A program made the position numbers and the translations under genes. Positions 46,165 to 48,403 of a stretch of DNA of 48,403 nucleotides are shown piece after piece. This DNA comes from Nemertoderma westbladi (taxonomy: Eukaryota > Animalia > Xenacoelomorpha): contig JAUCBJ010001446.1 in the NCBI GenBank assembly GCA_032718475.1, forward strand, positions 1 through 48,403. Reading direction: 5' to 3'. Under the pieces are notes generated by a model, which saw only the letters and a list, made by a program, of their open reading frames with translations, had not been told where the DNA came from and did no database searches. The first letter of the stretch is position 1. Each line of letters starts with the position of its first letter.

Positions 46165-48402
46165 TTAAGTTGGGGAGTCCCTAGATGTTTGTTGGATTAG
46201 GGAGGTGGTCGTGGGAAGAGTATCTTGTCTCCCATAGTTTCCGGAGAGTTCTCTGTCTCTCTCCAGTAAACATAAACGTCCCACCGGGCGATTGAGCTGC
46301 TGCGTCTCGAAGACAATTCCCGGTTTCTTGAAGTTACGTCGCATGACGACGAGTTCTACCGATCGCACCAAACCGTCATCCGAGATATGCGTCTCGATTA
46401 TACGACCTGTCTGCCACCGCTTACGTGGAAGATCCACATCCACAATAAGCACCATGTCTCCAGCGCTGACGTTTTCTTGCTGCGCAAACCACTTAGTTCG
46501 AAGTTGTAGTGTGGGCAGATAATGTTTTTCGAAATGGTCAGCGAAGCGACGGGATAACAACTGCATGAGTTGCCAAGTTTGTCGGCAGTATTCGTCTCCG
46601 TCTGTGATTTCCGATTGTGGGAGCATGGCTACAGGTTTCTTCAGTAGGAAGTGCGCGGGTGTTAGCGCTTCCAGGGAATCGGGACTCGATGAGACTGGCA
46701 TAAGCGGTCTCTCGTTGAGATAGGCGGCGATTTCTTCCATTAACGTCCGCAAAAGTTCGTCGGTGAGATAAGCGCGACAAGGCACTATAAAATGAAATGC
46801 TGTCTTCACGCTTCTTATTAATCTCTCCCAACTTCCTCCCCACCAAGGGGCGTCGGCGGCGTTGAAGGTCCAACTAGACGCTGTTACTCGTAGTTGGTCG
46901 TCCACCTGTCTTTGGTTCCAATCTTTGACGTAAGCTTTGATTTCATTGTTGGCACCAATGAAGTTTGTTCCCTTATCAGATCTCATCGTGTTACTAGTGC
47001 CAAAGCGAGCGATCTGTCGTCGTAAGCTTAATAGAAAGCTGTTGGTAGATAAATCGTTCACCATATCGAGATGGATGGCTCTACAAGTCATACAAACAAA
47101 GATTACACACCATCTCTTGACTATAGTCCTAGCACGATATACTTCAATAGGGCCAAATAAATCCACACCGGTATTAGTAAAGGGTGGTTCATAAAAGCTT
47201 ACTCGTTCCCTAGGTAATTCTGCCTCTCTCTGTGTTAAAGGCCTACTGAATGCTTTCCTACAGGGTATACAGTTCCTAAGAACTTGGTTCAGAGCTCTAC
47301 GGGGTTTATAAAAATAATAGCGAGTTCGAATTTCGCTAAGAACTCGTTCTCTACCAGCATGATAAAGTTTGCTGTGAACATCTACAATCATCTTGACTTG
47401 TATTTCAAGATTTCTAATGAGTATGGGGAACTTAGTATCAAAGGATAATGGGGCATTCGTTAACCTTCCTCCAACACGTATCAACCCATCTATCATTGTG
47501 CTAGAGAAACGATCCCTTAAGCGCATCTGTGGATTTCTCAACAACAGGAAATACTTATCGGAATCTTCATAGCATTGTAAGAGTCTCAGCATCTGTTTGT
47601 TGGTTTCTTCATGCTCCTGATAACTGATCTTCTCCTTCAGAAACTTGTCGGGTACCTTATATTTGGGAATGTCTTTAATAACATGGACCTGCACTGATGT
47701 GATTGGAGCGGTATCACCCTTTGTTTTCATCCCAGAGTAGTGATGGTGAAAACATCTCTTTAAATATGTAACGGCCTTACAAAGCCGATTCCAAGAACTG
47801 TAGTGATGTATCGCTCTCTGCAGAAGAGGTGAGAGTCCTTGCGAGATGTCAGGTATGCCAGATTTCCAATCCTTATCACGGATTTCCACAACGAGTTTAT
47901 TTGTGGCTGTGGGTTTCTGATCCAAAGCTTCGTCTCCGGAAGTATGTAGTACAGACAGATCTACTGTGGGTTTGAATAACTTCGATTTACTCGCCTGAGT
48001 TTTAGGTTTGACTTTCTCCGCTCCCTTGGCCTGTCTAATTTCTGCTGTAGTAAGATGAGGAGGCCATTCTTCTTCTTCTTTGTAGAGGAAGTCGGGTCCA
48101 CCTAACCAGTCTGGAGTATCTACCAGTTCTTGTGGGGTTGCTCCCCTGGAAGCGATGTCCGCTGGATTAATCGTTCCGGGGCAATGTCTCCATTGATCCA
48201 TCGTCGTGCGACTGAGTATAATAGCTACTCTGTTGGTAACGAAGACGCTGAACTGACAGACTTCATTGGTTATATACTCCAACACGAGTAAAGCGTCGGT
48301 CCAATAGACAGTTTTCTCCAGAGGATAGTCGATCTGTTCTGTTACATTCCGGCCGATGGCTGTAGCGTATAGAGCCGCTTTTAACTCCGCTCGAGGAACT
48401 TT
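46165..48402 (-). CDS. BEL/Pao pol polyprotein C-terminal part (RNase H, integrase, DUF5641-like tail); starts beyond window edge
   Basis: VPRAELKAA...YWTD, WRHCPG..NPADIASRG, HHCC finger, GVDLFGP (D), SDKGTNF (D), GGSWERLIRSVK (E), LTPAHFL, YLPTLQLRTKW, DGLVRSV. Confidence 0.95.
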   Translation of the reverse strand, partial: KVPRAELKAALYATAIGRNVTEQIDYPLEKTVYWTDALLVLEYITNEVCQFSVFVTNRVAIILSRTTMDQWRHCPGTINPADIASRGATPQELVDTPDWLGGPDFLYKEEEEWPPHLTTAEIRQAKGAEKVKPKTQASKSKLFKPTVDLSVLHTSGDEALDQKPTATNKLVVEIRDKDWKSGIPDISQGLSPLLQRAIHHYSSWNRLCKAVTYLKRCFHHHYSGMKTKGDTAPITSVQVHVIKDIPKYKVPDKFLKEKISYQEHEETNKQMLRLLQCYEDSDKYFLLLRNPQMRLRDRFSSTMIDGLIRVGGRLTNAPLSFDTKFPILIRNLEIQVKMIVDVHSKLYHAGRERVLSEIRTRYYFYKPRRALNQVLRNCIPCRKAFSRPLTQREAELPRERVSFYEPPFTNTGVDLFGPIEVYRARTIVKRWCVIFVCMTCRAIHLDMVNDLSTNSFLLSLRRQIARFGTSNTMRSDKGTNFIGANNEIKAYVKDWNQRQVDDQLRVTASSWTFNAADAPWWGGSWERLIRSVKTAFHFIVPCRAYLTDELLRTLMEEIAAYLNERPLMPVSSSPDSLEALTPAHFLLKKPVAMLPQSEITDGDEYCRQTWQLMQLLSRRFADHFEKHYLPTLQLRTKWFAQQENVSAGDMVLIVDVDLPRKRWQTGRIIETHISDDGLVRSVELVVMRRNFKKPGIVFETQQLNRPVGRLCLLERDRELSGNYGRQDTLPTTTSLIQQTSRDSPT

Positions 48403-48403
48403 C

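Noticed and set aside
26703-48403. Elements A and B being one element or the same family
   Set aside because: A is closed by its own LTR pair and TSD, no copy of A's LTR follows B's cargo ORF, and the cargo proteins are only remotely similar.

Overview
Eukaryotic (animal, probably invertebrate) nuclear DNA, AT-rich and dominated by transposable elements. There is no prokaryotic operon, rRNA or CRISPR array. Host-type genes: (i) a divergent pair of paralogous multi-C2H2 zinc-finger genes with uninterrupted ORFs. The left one (2937 to <1, minus strand) is missing from the ORF track because it runs off the window edge. (ii) A GC-rich, intronless nucleoside-phosphorylase/MTA-nucleosidase-like (PNP_UDP_1) gene at 37.5-38.5 kb. 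Mobile DNA: many MITE-like or non-autonomous TIR elements, a 5'-truncated RTE-type LINE with a 10-bp TSD, a truncated Tc1-like transposase with DD36E spacing, and two BEL/Pao LTR retrotransposons. The first (26703-35766) has 560-bp LTRs about 99% identical and a TACGT TSD, but lacks pol. The second runs off the right edge with an open RNase H-integrase frame. The most striking observation is that both, although highly diverged, carry a homologous extra 3' ORF in the position where env would sit. By eye it encodes a DEDDy 3'-5' exonuclease-like domain with degenerate catalytic motifs, followed by a triple CCHC zinc-knuckle cluster. The first element also has no tRNA-type PBS; the PBS position is instead complementary to its own LTR, suggesting self-priming. 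All domain calls are by-eye motif recognition, not database results.
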